Assembly: GCA_034667405.1 (NCBI GenBank) | Contig: JAXDJX010000018.1 | Location: 213,065-277,064 of the forward strand | Length of the DNA: 64,000 nt | DNA from: Actinomycetota bacterium | Lineage (GTDB): Bacteria; Actinomycetota; UBA4738; HRBIN12 | Direction: 5' to 3' | Shown: positions 1-8,778 of the stretch, one piece after another | Numbering within the stretch: position 1 is the stretch's first letter | How the letters are laid out: the number at the start of each line of letters is the position of its first letter | Translations under genes and position numbers: made by a program | The notes under the pieces: model-generated | Seen by the model: the letters and a program-made list of their open reading frames with translations, nothing else | Databases searched by the model: none | What the model was told of the DNA's origin: nothing

Positions 1-1005
1 GGTCCACCGCTCATCAGCGTCAGAGGTGTGAAGAAGCATTTCCCGATCACACGGGGCATCTTGATCCAGCATAAGGTCGGTGCCGTCCATGCGGTCGATG
101 GGGTCGATCTGGACATCTACCCGGGCGAGACACTGGGCTTGGTTGGGGAAACGGGCTGCGGCAAGTCGACGCTCGCCCGCGTGATCATGCGCCTCTACGA
201 CGCCACGGAGGGCAGCATCACCTTCCAAGGGAAGGACATCACGAAGATCCACGGGCGTGAGTTGCGGGACATGCGTGAAGACATGCAGATGATCTTCCAG
301 GACCCCTACGCCTCATTGAATCCGCGCAAGACCATCGGCTCGATCATCGGAGAGCCCTTTCAGCTGCACAAGACCGTTGCCCGGAACAAGGTGAAGGGTG
401 AAGTGCAGGAACTGATGAAGCGGGTCGGACTGAACCCGGAGCACTACAACCGCTACCCCCACGAGTTCTCCGGCGGCCAGCGCCAGCGGATCGGGGTGGC
501 GCGCGCGCTGGCGCTGCGGCCCAAGCTCATCGTGTGCGACGAACCGGTCTCTGCTCTCGATGTCTCGATCCAGGCGCAGATCCTGAACCTGTTGGAGGAC
601 CTGCAGACGGAGTTCAACCTGACCTACCTGTTCATCGCGCACGACCTGTCCGTGGTCAAGCACGTGTCCGACCGGGTTGCCGTCATGTACCTGGGCAAGA
701 TCGTGGAGATGGCCGATAGCGAGAGGCTCTATGAGACCCCGAAGCATCCTTACACCGGGGCGCTCCTGTCGGCGGTCCCCGTCGCCGATCCACGGTCGGC
801 GGCGACGAAGAAGCGGATCATCCTCCAGGGCGATGTGCCCTCGCCGATCAATCCTCCGAGCGGCTGCCGGTTCCACCCGCGCTGTCCGAAGGCGCAGCTC
901 CCGAAGTGTGCGACGGACGAGCCGCAGCTGGAGGAGATGCACCCGGAGCAGTTCGCCGCGTGTCACTTCCCCCTCGAGGACCCTAGTATCGAGGCCTCGA
1001 ACTAG
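1..1005 (+). CDS. Oligopeptide/dipeptide ABC transporter ATP-binding protein (OppF/DppF-like), 5'-partial
   Basis: Walker [13 protein letters not shown] signature FSGGQRQRI, Walker [13 protein letters not shown], and a C-terminal Cys-rich oligopeptide-transporter extension. Upstream text [13 protein letters not shown] matches the typical OppF N-terminus, so the true start is outside the window. Confidence 0.85.
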   Translation, partial: GPPLISVRGVKKHFPITRGILIQHKVGAVHAVDGVDLDIYPGETLGLVGETGCGKSTLARVIMRLYDATEGSITFQGKDITKIHGRELRDMREDMQMIFQDPYASLNPRKTIGSIIGEPFQLHKTVARNKVKGEVQELMKRVGLNPEHYNRYPHEFSGGQRQRIGVARALALRPKLIVCDEPVSALDVSIQAQILNLLEDLQTEFNLTYLFIAHDLSVVKHVSDRVAVMYLGKIVEMADSERLYETPKHPYTGALLSAVPVADPRSAATKKRIILQGDVPSPINPPSGCRFHPRCPKAQLPKCATDEPQLEEMHPEQFAACHFPLEDPSIEASN

Positions 1006-1013
1006 GAGTTCCG

Positions 1014-1241
1014 ATGCTCAACACCATCATCATCGCCATCGACGTGGCCTCGGCCCTGTTCCTGACCGTCACGATCCTGCTCCACTCTGGTCGCGGCGGC
1101 GGACTGTCCGACATGTTCGGCGGCGGCAGCACCCTTTCGGGCGGTACACGGATGGAACGAACCCTGGACAAACTCACTATCGTCTCGGCGTTGGTGTTCG
1201 GGTTCTCGACGTTCTGGTTGGCCTGGAAGTGGACCCCGTAG
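1014..1241 (+). CDS. secG: Preprotein translocase subunit SecG
   Basis: 75 aa with two TM helices, a central GGGLSDMFGGG glycine-rich loop, and a conserved RTLDKLT segment. It is followed directly by tRNA-Leu, as is typical in actinobacteria. Confidence 0.75.
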   Translation: MLNTIIIAIDVASALFLTVTILLHSGRGGGLSDMFGGGSTLSGGTRMERTLDKLTIVSALVFGFSTFWLAWKWTP

Positions 1242-1265
1242 CGAGCGGGTAGACTCGCCGCGCCC

Positions 1266-1352
1266 GTCGGAGTGGCGGAATCTGGCAGACGCGCTAGCTT
1301 GAGGTGCTAGTGGGCTTTACGGCCCGTGGGGGTTCAAATCCCCCCTCCGACA
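1266..1352 (+). tRNA. tRNA-Leu (anticodon GAG), type II with long variable arm
   Basis: Acceptor stem GTCGGAG/CTCCGAC; anticodon stem CTAGC/GCTAG with loop TTGAGGT (anticodon GAG); variable stem GGGC/GCCC; T-arm GGGGG-TTCAAAT-CCCCC; discriminator A then CCA encoded at 1353-1355. Confidence 0.8.
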
Positions 1353-1467
1353 CCAACATCCTGCACCGCTTCTCGCAGTCCGATCGGGAGTGCTGCAGGC
1401 TCAGACCGGCGGCGCGTGACGTCGACCGCTGTGATCCACACAGAAGGCTACGGCGTGTGCTCGCGGT

Positions 1468-2085
1468 CTAGGATCTGCCGCGCAGGCCGGTGGACCGGCC
1501 GTCGCGACCGCCGAGCACGCCCCCTACGAACGCGGCCGGCGCCGTCAGAGCCAGGGCCATGATCGCGTACAGGGGGGCGTCGAACCCGCGCGTGACCCGA
1601 GTAGACAGCCCGTCACAAGATCCGAACAAGAGCATCCCCAGATACCCCATCGCGATCGCGACAACAGCCGCGAGAGATCCGTTGGCAGATCCAAGCTTGC
1701 TTCGGCGACGGGCGAGAGCCCACGCGAGTGCAAGTGGGAGCACGATAAGGATCGCACCCATCAGGAGCGTGACAACGGCGGCCTCCGATGGGATCTCGCC
1801 CATCGTGCAGGTCGAGTACGCCGTCAGCGCGTACATCGCCAGGCAGAGAGCCCCGGTGACGGCGATCGCGACAAGCAGGGGAGCCGTGGATCCGCGATGA
1901 AGGCTCCGGACGATGGGAGGAAGAACACCGGGGGCGAGGATGGCGACGCTCCATAGGTTCACGTACCAGAAGTGAAGCGGATACGAACCCATGTGCGCGC
2001 CGCTCGAGTAGTCGTTCAGATCCCAGTGGCCGACGACAAACCCGTTGACGAATGAGATCGACAGGTACCAGATCGCCAGGAGCAC
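1468..2085 (-). CDS. Hypothetical integral membrane protein (5-6 predicted TM helices)
   Basis: 205-aa ORF that is strongly hydrophobic throughout; I recognise no family motifs. Confidence 0.45.
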   Translation of the reverse strand: MLLAIWYLSISFVNGFVVGHWDLNDYSSGAHMGSYPLHFWYVNLWSVAILAPGVLPPIVRSLHRGSTAPLLVAIAVTGALCLAMYALTAYSTCTMGEIPSEAAVVTLLMGAILIVLPLALAWALARRRSKLGSANGSLAAVVAIAMGYLGMLLFGSCDGLSTRVTRGFDAPLYAIMALALTAPAAFVGGVLGGRDGRSTGLRGRS

Positions 2086-2228
2086 GCACGTGACACCGAC
2101 TCGCTTCAGACCCTGTGCTGGGGCGACCCGGCTTATCCCTCGATCTCATCTGCGCGGGAGGTCACAGCCGCGAGGCCGCTCTGATGTCCGCGGCTGGGCG
2201 TCGTGGTGGGTGTTTGGAAGAACCGCAT

Positions 2229-2489
2229 TCAAGGTTTGGATGCGTCCCACCAGTCGGACAGGTAGATCCGGCGGATCCGGTAGTTGACGATCACGACCGC
2301 GATTACGAGCGCCAGTTCCATCGCCAGCGCGACGCCGGACGAGAGCTGTTCCAGGGGCAGCACGCGGAGCAATCCGAGCAGCACCGCTGCCTCAACGATG
2401 AGGAACACGAGCCACCCCATCGGATTGGCGAGGATCCGTCGGAGACGCGGGGCAGGTGGCGTGGGCCGCTTCTCTGTGGGTGGGGACAT
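2229..2489 (-). CDS. Small hypothetical membrane protein (~87 aa, 2 TM)
   Basis: Internal Met (MSPPTEK...) chosen as start, because the longer 202-aa ORF would overlap the convergent ABC-F gene. It has two hydrophobic helices and ends in a basic YRIRRIY tail. Confidence 0.35.
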   Translation of the reverse strand: MSPPTEKRPTPPAPRLRRILANPMGWLVFLIVEAAVLLGLLRVLPLEQLSSGVALAMELALVIAVVIVNYRIRRIYLSDWWDASKP

Positions 2490-2661
2490 ATCGCCAGCAT
2501 AGGTTGCGTGCCGCTCACCCGTTGCTACACTCGGCGGATGGACTAGCAGACCTCCTCGGCGCGCCGGCTTGCCCGGACGCGTATCCCGCGGCCCGCATCC
2601 CGCCACGGAGGTTCGTTCGTATGTCCGTCCCCTTGTTCCGTCCCTCGAAAGGTCCATCTCT

Positions 2662-4257
2662 ATGAGCACGCTCGACGTGCGCGATCTCTCCGTCGAGGCC
2701 GGCGGCCGCACGGTCGTCCAAGGCCTCACCTTCAGCCTGCGCGAGGGCGACAAGGTGGGCGTGGTCGGGCGTAACGGGGCCGGCAAGACCAGCACGCTCA
2801 AAGTCCTCGCCGGAGAGGAGCCGGCGCTCGCAGGCACGATCGATCATGTGGGGGCGGTCGGCTACCTTCGACAGGATCCCCGTCAGCATCGAGCCGACGA
2901 CGTTCACAGCGGACTGGAACACATCTTGAGCGCACGTGGCCTGGTGGATCTCCAACGGGATCTGGAGAAGGCCAGACTGCAGATCGAAGAGGACCACTCC
3001 GACCGCAACGTCCGGCGGTTCGCCCGGCTCGAAGACGACTACAACCAGCGCGGCGGCTACCAGGCCGAGTCCGAAGCCCGAGCCATCACCCATGGGCTTG
3101 GCCTCGCACAGGATCGGCTGAGCCTTCCCGTAGGCGCGCTCTCCGGAGGTGAACGCCGGCGCTTGGAACTCGCACGGATCCTGTTCGGCGGATCGGATCT
3201 GCTCTTGCTGGACGAGCCGACGAACCACTTGGACGCAGACGCCAAGCATTGGCTCATGAAGTTCCTCGCCGGGTACAAAGGAGCGCTCATGGTCGTCAGC
3301 CACGACCTGGGTCTGCTCGACGCCTCCATCACGCGGATCCTGCACCTCGACCTGGATGGCGTTGTGGAATACCGCGGGACGTACTCGCAGTACCGAGACG
3401 CTCGGGCCAAGGACGAGATCCGGCTCACCGCGCTGGCCGGACGTCAGCAACAGGAGATCCACCGGCTGAAGACGCTCGCCGACTCCATGCGCGGGCAGAC
3501 GGCCAAACGCGCGCGTAAAGCGAAGACCATCGACACGCGCCGGGTGAAGCTCGAAGCGAAGAAGGTGACCGGCCCCGCGCGGGAACGGACCTTCAAGTTC
3601 CGGTTCCCTGAGCCGCCCCATTGCGGGAAGACCATGCTCACGGCGACCGATCTGGCGAAGTCATACGGAGGCCCCCCGGTGTTCGAGGAGGTTGCCTTCT
3701 CCGTGGGCCGCGGCGAGCGGCTCTTGGTGATGGGACTGAACGGCGCCGGGAAGACGAGCCTGCTCCGTATCCTGGCGGGCCAGTCCCAGGCCGACACTGG
3801 TTCGTTCGAACTGGGGTACGGGGCCGAGCTCGGCTACTACGCGCAGGAGCACGAAGGATTGCAGGACGGGGTGGACGTGCTCACCCATATGCGCCAGGCC
3901 TCCGGTGCCGACGACCAAACCTTGCGAGGGCTCCTCGGGATGTTCGGGCTATCCGGCGCCATGGCGTTCCAGGATGCCGGCACGCTGTCGGGAGGGGAGA
4001 AGACGAAGCTGGCCCTCGCGCAGCTGGTGGCGGGCCGCAAGAACCTGCTCCTGCTGGACGAGCCGACGAACAACCTGGATCCGCCGTCGCGCACCGCGAT
4101 CGCCGAGGCGCTTCAGGACTGGCCGGGCGCGATGATCATCGTCAGTCACGATCCAGAGTTCGTCGAAGCGCTTGCTCCCGAACGCGTTTTGATGATGCCG
4201 GAGGGCCAGCTGGACTACTGGGACGACGGCTTGCTGGACCTGGTGGCGCTGGCCTAG
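2662..4257 (+). CDS. ABC-F family ATPase (tandem ABC domains, EttA/Rv2477c-like)
   Basis: Two full ABC cassettes: GRNGAGKTS ... LSGGERRRLELARIL ... LLLLDEPTNHLD, then GLNGAGKTS ... LSGGEKTKLALAQL ... LLLLDEPTNNLD. No TM domain. Start set at the internal Met (MSTLDVRDL) typical of ABC-F proteins; the ORF is open from 2569. Confidence 0.85.
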   Translation: MSTLDVRDLSVEAGGRTVVQGLTFSLREGDKVGVVGRNGAGKTSTLKVLAGEEPALAGTIDHVGAVGYLRQDPRQHRADDVHSGLEHILSARGLVDLQRDLEKARLQIEEDHSDRNVRRFARLEDDYNQRGGYQAESEARAITHGLGLAQDRLSLPVGALSGGERRRLELARILFGGSDLLLLDEPTNHLDADAKHWLMKFLAGYKGALMVVSHDLGLLDASITRILHLDLDGVVEYRGTYSQYRDARAKDEIRLTALAGRQQQEIHRLKTLADSMRGQTAKRARKAKTIDTRRVKLEAKKVTGPARERTFKFRFPEPPHCGKTMLTATDLAKSYGGPPVFEEVAFSVGRGERLLVMGLNGAGKTSLLRILAGQSQADTGSFELGYGAELGYYAQEHEGLQDGVDVLTHMRQASGADDQTLRGLLGMFGLSGAMAFQDAGTLSGGEKTKLALAQLVAGRKNLLLLDEPTNNLDPPSRTAIAEALQDWPGAMIIVSHDPEFVEALAPERVLMMPEGQLDYWDDGLLDLVALA

Positions 4258-4316
4258 TAACTCGCGCCCATGGCCGCCAGGTCGGTATGCTTCGGCGACT
4301 CGAGCGTGGGGGAGCG

Positions 4317-5990
4317 ATGAGCGCGAACGGTTCGGCAGCAGACCTGATCTTCGTCAATGGCGATGTCTACACGGTGGACGGCGTTCGCAGCTGGGCACGG
4401 TCCGTCGCGGTGAAGGATGGTCGCATCGCGGCGGTCGGGACCGAGGACGACGTGATCGACCTTCGCGGCGCGGGAACGGAGGTCGTCGACCTTCACGGTG
4501 GTCTCCTGCTGCCGGGATTCCAGGACGCCCACATCCACCCGGTGGGGGGAGGGTTGGACATGCTCGCATGCGACCTCCACGACCTGCATTCGGTCGACGA
4601 CTATCTGGGTGCCATCCGCGCATACGCGGAGGTGAACCCGGACCGGGAGTGGATCATGGGCGGAGGCTGGTCCATGGATGTCTTCCCGGGCGGCACACCG
4701 ACGAAGGAGCTGCTGGACCGCATCGTCCCCGACCGGATCGTCTACCTGCCGAACCGCGACGGGCACAGTGCCTGGGTGAACTCCCGCGCCCTCGAGGTGG
4801 CGAGGATCACGAAAGACACTCCCGACCCGGGAGACGGCAGGATCGAACGTACGCCCGACGGTGAACCCTCGGGCACGCTGCACGAGGGCGCGGGCGACGC
4901 CGTCGAACAGCTGGCCCCCCACGCGACCGCGCAAGAGCGCTACGACGGGCTGCTCAAGGGACAGGAATATCTGCACTCGTTGGGGATCACCGCGTGGCAG
5001 GACGCGATCATCGGAACATTCGGTTGGGCCGATAACCTCGACACCTATCTGCAGGCGGCCGGCGACGGCTCCCTCACGGCGCGCGTGGTCGGCGCGTTGT
5101 GGTGGGATCGCAATCGCGGTATGGAGCAGGTCGAGGATCTGCTCGCGCAGCGGGAGCGCGGGAAGGCCGGACGGTTCGCCGCCACGAGCGTGAAGATCAT
5201 GCAGGACGGCGTCTGCGAGAACTTCACCGCGGCCGTGCTGGAACCTTACCTCGGCGAAGACGGGAAGCCCTCGCAGAACCGCGGGATCTCGTTCGTCGAG
5301 CCGGAACTGTTGAAGGAAGCGGTCACACGTCTGGATGCCGAAGGCTTCCAGGTGCATTTCCACTCGCTTGCCGAGCGCGCCGTCCGGGAAGCGCTCGATG
5401 CCATCGGAGCGGCCCGGTCGGCCAACGGCATGAACGATCTCCGCCACCACCTGGCGCACATCCAGATCATCCATCCCGACGACATCCCGCGGTTCCGCGA
5501 ATTGGGCGCGGTCGCCAACGCGCAGCCGCTCTGGGCCGCTCACGAGGGCCAGATGGACGACCTCACCATCCCGTTCCTGGGGGAGGTGCGCGCCGGCTGG
5601 CAATACCCGTTCGCAAGTCTGGTGAGAGCCGGCGCGGTGCTCGCGATGGGCAGCGACTGGGGCGTCTCCACACCAGACCCCATCGAGGAGATCCACGTGG
5701 CCGTGAACCGGAAGATGGCGCCGCAATACCTCTACGGGAACGAGAACACGGAGGTCTTCATCCCCGACGAACGACTCGACCTGCCCACGTCCCTCGCGGC
5801 GTTCACGATGGGGTCTGCCTACGTCAATCACCTCGATCGCGAAACGGGTTCGATCGAGCAAGGCAAACTCGCAGATCTCGCGGTGCTGGACAGGAACCTG
5901 TTCGCTCATCCGGTTGAGGAGATCGCCGAGGCACGCGTCATGCAGACCTTCGTGGAAGGGACCCGCGTATTCGCGACGCCGGGCGCTTAG
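4317..5990 (+). CDS. Amidohydrolase family protein (Amidohydro_3 / YtcJ-like metal-dependent hydrolase)
   Basis: N-terminus DLIFVNGDVYTVDG...VAVKDGRIAAVG...LLPGFQDAHIHP matches the YtcJ-like pattern, and the C-terminus has HxH and MGSDW metal-ligand motifs. Start is an internal ATG with upstream GGGGGAG; the longer 3621 ORF overlaps the ABC-F gene. Confidence 0.8.
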   Translation: MSANGSAADLIFVNGDVYTVDGVRSWARSVAVKDGRIAAVGTEDDVIDLRGAGTEVVDLHGGLLLPGFQDAHIHPVGGGLDMLACDLHDLHSVDDYLGAIRAYAEVNPDREWIMGGGWSMDVFPGGTPTKELLDRIVPDRIVYLPNRDGHSAWVNSRALEVARITKDTPDPGDGRIERTPDGEPSGTLHEGAGDAVEQLAPHATAQERYDGLLKGQEYLHSLGITAWQDAIIGTFGWADNLDTYLQAAGDGSLTARVVGALWWDRNRGMEQVEDLLAQRERGKAGRFAATSVKIMQDGVCENFTAAVLEPYLGEDGKPSQNRGISFVEPELLKEAVTRLDAEGFQVHFHSLAERAVREALDAIGAARSANGMNDLRHHLAHIQIIHPDDIPRFRELGAVANAQPLWAAHEGQMDDLTIPFLGEVRAGWQYPFASLVRAGAVLAMGSDWGVSTPDPIEEIHVAVNRKMAPQYLYGNENTEVFIPDERLDLPTSLAAFTMGSAYVNHLDRETGSIEQGKLADLAVLDRNLFAHPVEEIAEARVMQTFVEGTRVFATPGA

Positions 5991-6086
5991 GACCGACCCC
6001 CGGTTGACCGATAGTCAAGGGGACGGTACCGACGCCGTAGCGCCCGATGCTACGGTTGCTGCCACCCGCTGAACGGTCACACGCCC

Positions 6087-7319
6087 GTGAGAACGTTGGC
6101 CGGCGGGTTCATCCAGGAGGGAAGCTACGTGTCCAGTGCCCCGATCGCGCACGAGAAGCTCAGTCCCGCGCTGGGCGATGGCCTCGACGGAAGCAAAACG
6201 CTTCCCGCGGAGGCGTACACCTCCCAAGCCGTCTTCGACTGGGAGGTCGGCCATTTCTTCGAGGATGGCTGGGTGTGCATCGGCCGCACCGACGAACTGA
6301 ACGAACCCGGCGATCAGAAGGCCGTCCGGGTCGGCAAGGAAGGCATCCTCCTGGTGCGCGACGAGGATGGACGTCTCAACGCGTTCTACAACACGTGTCG
6401 TCACCGCGGGCACGAACTCCTCGAGCCCGGTACCAGCCGGCACCTTCGAGCCATCAAGTGCCCGTACCACGCATGGGTGTACGGCTTGGACGGCACACTC
6501 AGCGGCGCCCCGCGCTTCGGTGAGGTAGCCGGCTTCGAGAAGGCGGACTATCCGCTCATCGCGGCCCGGGTTCAAGAGTGGCACGGCTGGGTGTTCGTCA
6601 ACGCCTCGGGTGAAGCGCCCGCGTTCGATCAGTGGGTCGGCAACCTCGACGGTTTGGTCATGCCCTGGGAACCGGAGCGGATGTTCGTCGCCGCCCGGCA
6701 CGAATACATCGTTAAGGCAAACTGGAAGACGATCACCGAGAACTACCACGAGTGCTATCACTGCCCGTCCATCCACCCGGAACTCTGCGTGGTGACCCCA
6801 CCCGATTCGGGCGAGAACTTCGAGCATGACGGGAACTGGGTCGGCGGAAGCATGGAGCTCAAGGATTTCGCCGAGACGATGTCTCTCTCGGGAGCTTCGA
6901 ACGGTGTGCGGGTTCGTGGGCTCAACGACAAGCAGGCGCGGGAGGTCTTTTACTTCGGCCTGTTCCCGAACCTCCTCCTCAGCCTCCACCCCGACTACGT
7001 CATGACGCACCGGTTCGAACCGCTCGGCCCGGGAGAGAGCAAGGTGGAGTGCCAATGGCTCTTCCCGCCCGAGGCGCGCGAGCGGTCTGATTTCAGCCCC
7101 GACTACGCCAGCGAGTTCTGGGATATCACGAACCAGGAAGACTGGTTGGCCTGCGAGTCCGTCTACCGTGGCCTGCAGTCCGGTGGTTCGCGTCAGGGGC
7201 CGTTCTCCTGGAGCGAAGATGAAGTGCATTCATTCATGGCCATGGTGGCCAAGGGCTATCTGGACGGGTATGCCAGCAAACCCCCGAAGATCCACGAACT
7301 GCCCGGCGCCGGCGTCTGA
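6087..7319 (+). CDS. Rieske [2Fe-2S] non-haem iron oxygenase alpha-subunit-like (GbcA/Stc2/CntA-type candidate demethylase/monooxygenase)
   Basis: Rieske CxH...CxxH motifs (CRHRGHEL / CPYHAWVY) plus a catalytic-domain ENYHECYHCPSIHPE mononuclear-iron motif. A possible GTG start at ~6129 has a better RBS. Confidence 0.8.
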   Translation: MRTLAGGFIQEGSYVSSAPIAHEKLSPALGDGLDGSKTLPAEAYTSQAVFDWEVGHFFEDGWVCIGRTDELNEPGDQKAVRVGKEGILLVRDEDGRLNAFYNTCRHRGHELLEPGTSRHLRAIKCPYHAWVYGLDGTLSGAPRFGEVAGFEKADYPLIAARVQEWHGWVFVNASGEAPAFDQWVGNLDGLVMPWEPERMFVAARHEYIVKANWKTITENYHECYHCPSIHPELCVVTPPDSGENFEHDGNWVGGSMELKDFAETMSLSGASNGVRVRGLNDKQAREVFYFGLFPNLLLSLHPDYVMTHRFEPLGPGESKVECQWLFPPEARERSDFSPDYASEFWDITNQEDWLACESVYRGLQSGGSRQGPFSWSEDEVHSFMAMVAKGYLDGYASKPPKIHELPGAGV

Positions 7320-7466
7320 ACGACCCCGGTCTGGATGTCTGACCAGGGGTCGGGAACCTGGCTTGCGTGTTGTCGTGAGTGCTTCCACGATGGGCCCCGC
7401 ACGTATCGGGGGTAGAGGCTGGCCGGCTGAGCGCCGGGGGCCGAGCCCAGACCGGAAAGGAAGCAC

Positions 7467-8624
7467 ATGCCTGAGCCATTCGACATGGGGCTGGTCCAGC
7501 GGGGCGCTCGTAACCGGCGGACCCCGTACTACGAAGCCACCCAGCGCTACGGTCCCAAGGGCTTCACCGTCTACAACCACATGTACTTCCCGATCCGTTT
7601 CTCGACACTCGAGGAGGAGTTCGACACACTCCTGAACGGCGTCACGCTCTGGGATGTCGCCGTGGAACGGTGCCTGGAGATCAGCGGGCCGGACGGGTTC
7701 ACGTTCGCGCAGCTCCTGACCTGTCGTGACCTCTCGAAGTGCGCCGTCGGTCAGGCGAAGTACGTGTTGATCTGTGACAGCGACGGGGGGATCATCAACG
7801 ACCCGGTGCTGACGCGGATGGACGAGAACACCTTCTGGTTCGCACTCGCTTCGTCGGACGCGTTGCTGTTCGCGAGAGGGCTGAAGAACGCGTACCCGAA
7901 CCTCGACGTCAGCATCAAAGAGGCCGACGTGTCCCCACTGCAGGTGCAGGGTCCGAAGTCGAAGGACCTCATGGTGAAGCTCCTCGGCCCCGAGATCTCC
8001 GACCTGAAGTACTACTACTGGACGAACGCGACGATCGCGGGCGCGCCGGTCGTGGTGACGCGCACGGGGTGGACCTCCGAGGTCGGCTACGAGGTCTACC
8101 TCACCGACAAGACCAAGGGGACCGAGGTCTACGAGGCCATCATGGAGGCGGGCCAGGAGTTCGGCATCAAGCCCACCGGGCCATCCGACATCCGCCGCAT
8201 CGAGGGTGCCATCTTCAACCAGGGCGCAGACATGAGCTACAACAACAACGCGTTCGAGCTCGGACTCGATCGTCTGGTTGATTTCAACCTCTCTGATGAG
8301 GCTTCCATCTCGATGGCGGCCTATCGCAAGATCCAGGCTGAAGGCGTGAAGAAGCGGATCAACGGGGTCACCATCGACGGGGATCCGTTCCCAGAGATGA
8401 ACAACGTCAAGTGGCCCGCGTCGATCGACGGAGCGAACGTCGGCAGGGTCACGTCGGCGATCTACTCTCCGCGTCTCAAGGAGAATCTCGGGTACTGCTG
8501 GCTGCCGACGGAGCATTCGGTCGAGGGTCAGAAGGTGACGGTCGACACCGAATGGGGACAGCGCACGGCAACGGTGGTGCCGATGCCGTTCGTCGACCCG
8601 AAGAAGTCCATCCCCGTCTCGTAA
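7467..8624 (+). CDS. GcvT-family aminomethyltransferase-like folate-binding protein (paralogue 1)
   Basis: 385 aa with glycine-cleavage T-protein fold signatures (VWDVAVERCLEISGPD, RRIEGAIFNQG). It lacks the FAD-oxidase domain. Confidence 0.75.
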   Translation: MPEPFDMGLVQRGARNRRTPYYEATQRYGPKGFTVYNHMYFPIRFSTLEEEFDTLLNGVTLWDVAVERCLEISGPDGFTFAQLLTCRDLSKCAVGQAKYVLICDSDGGIINDPVLTRMDENTFWFALASSDALLFARGLKNAYPNLDVSIKEADVSPLQVQGPKSKDLMVKLLGPEISDLKYYYWTNATIAGAPVVVTRTGWTSEVGYEVYLTDKTKGTEVYEAIMEAGQEFGIKPTGPSDIRRIEGAIFNQGADMSYNNNAFELGLDRLVDFNLSDEASISMAAYRKIQAEGVKKRINGVTIDGDPFPEMNNVKWPASIDGANVGRVTSAIYSPRLKENLGYCWLPTEHSVEGQKVTVDTEWGQRTATVVPMPFVDPKKSIPVS

Positions 8625-8778
8625 ACCGCAGTTTTCGAACGCCGTTCAGGGTTCGGATCGGGGCGTGCGAAGTATTCGTCGCACAGCTTTGGTCCGAACC
8701 CTTGCGCGTTCGCCAGTTCGGAGTTGATGCTTGCCGTTGTCCGAGCCGAGGGAGCCCGGACGAACGGAGGAAGATCCG

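Noticed and set aside
3621-5990. 789-aa ORF spanning the ABC-F 3' half and the amidohydrolase
   Set aside because: Its first 232 codons overlap the ABC-F gene in another frame and are Arg/Gly/Pro-rich low complexity. The true gene starts at the internal ATG 4317 with an RBS and a canonical YtcJ-like N-terminus.
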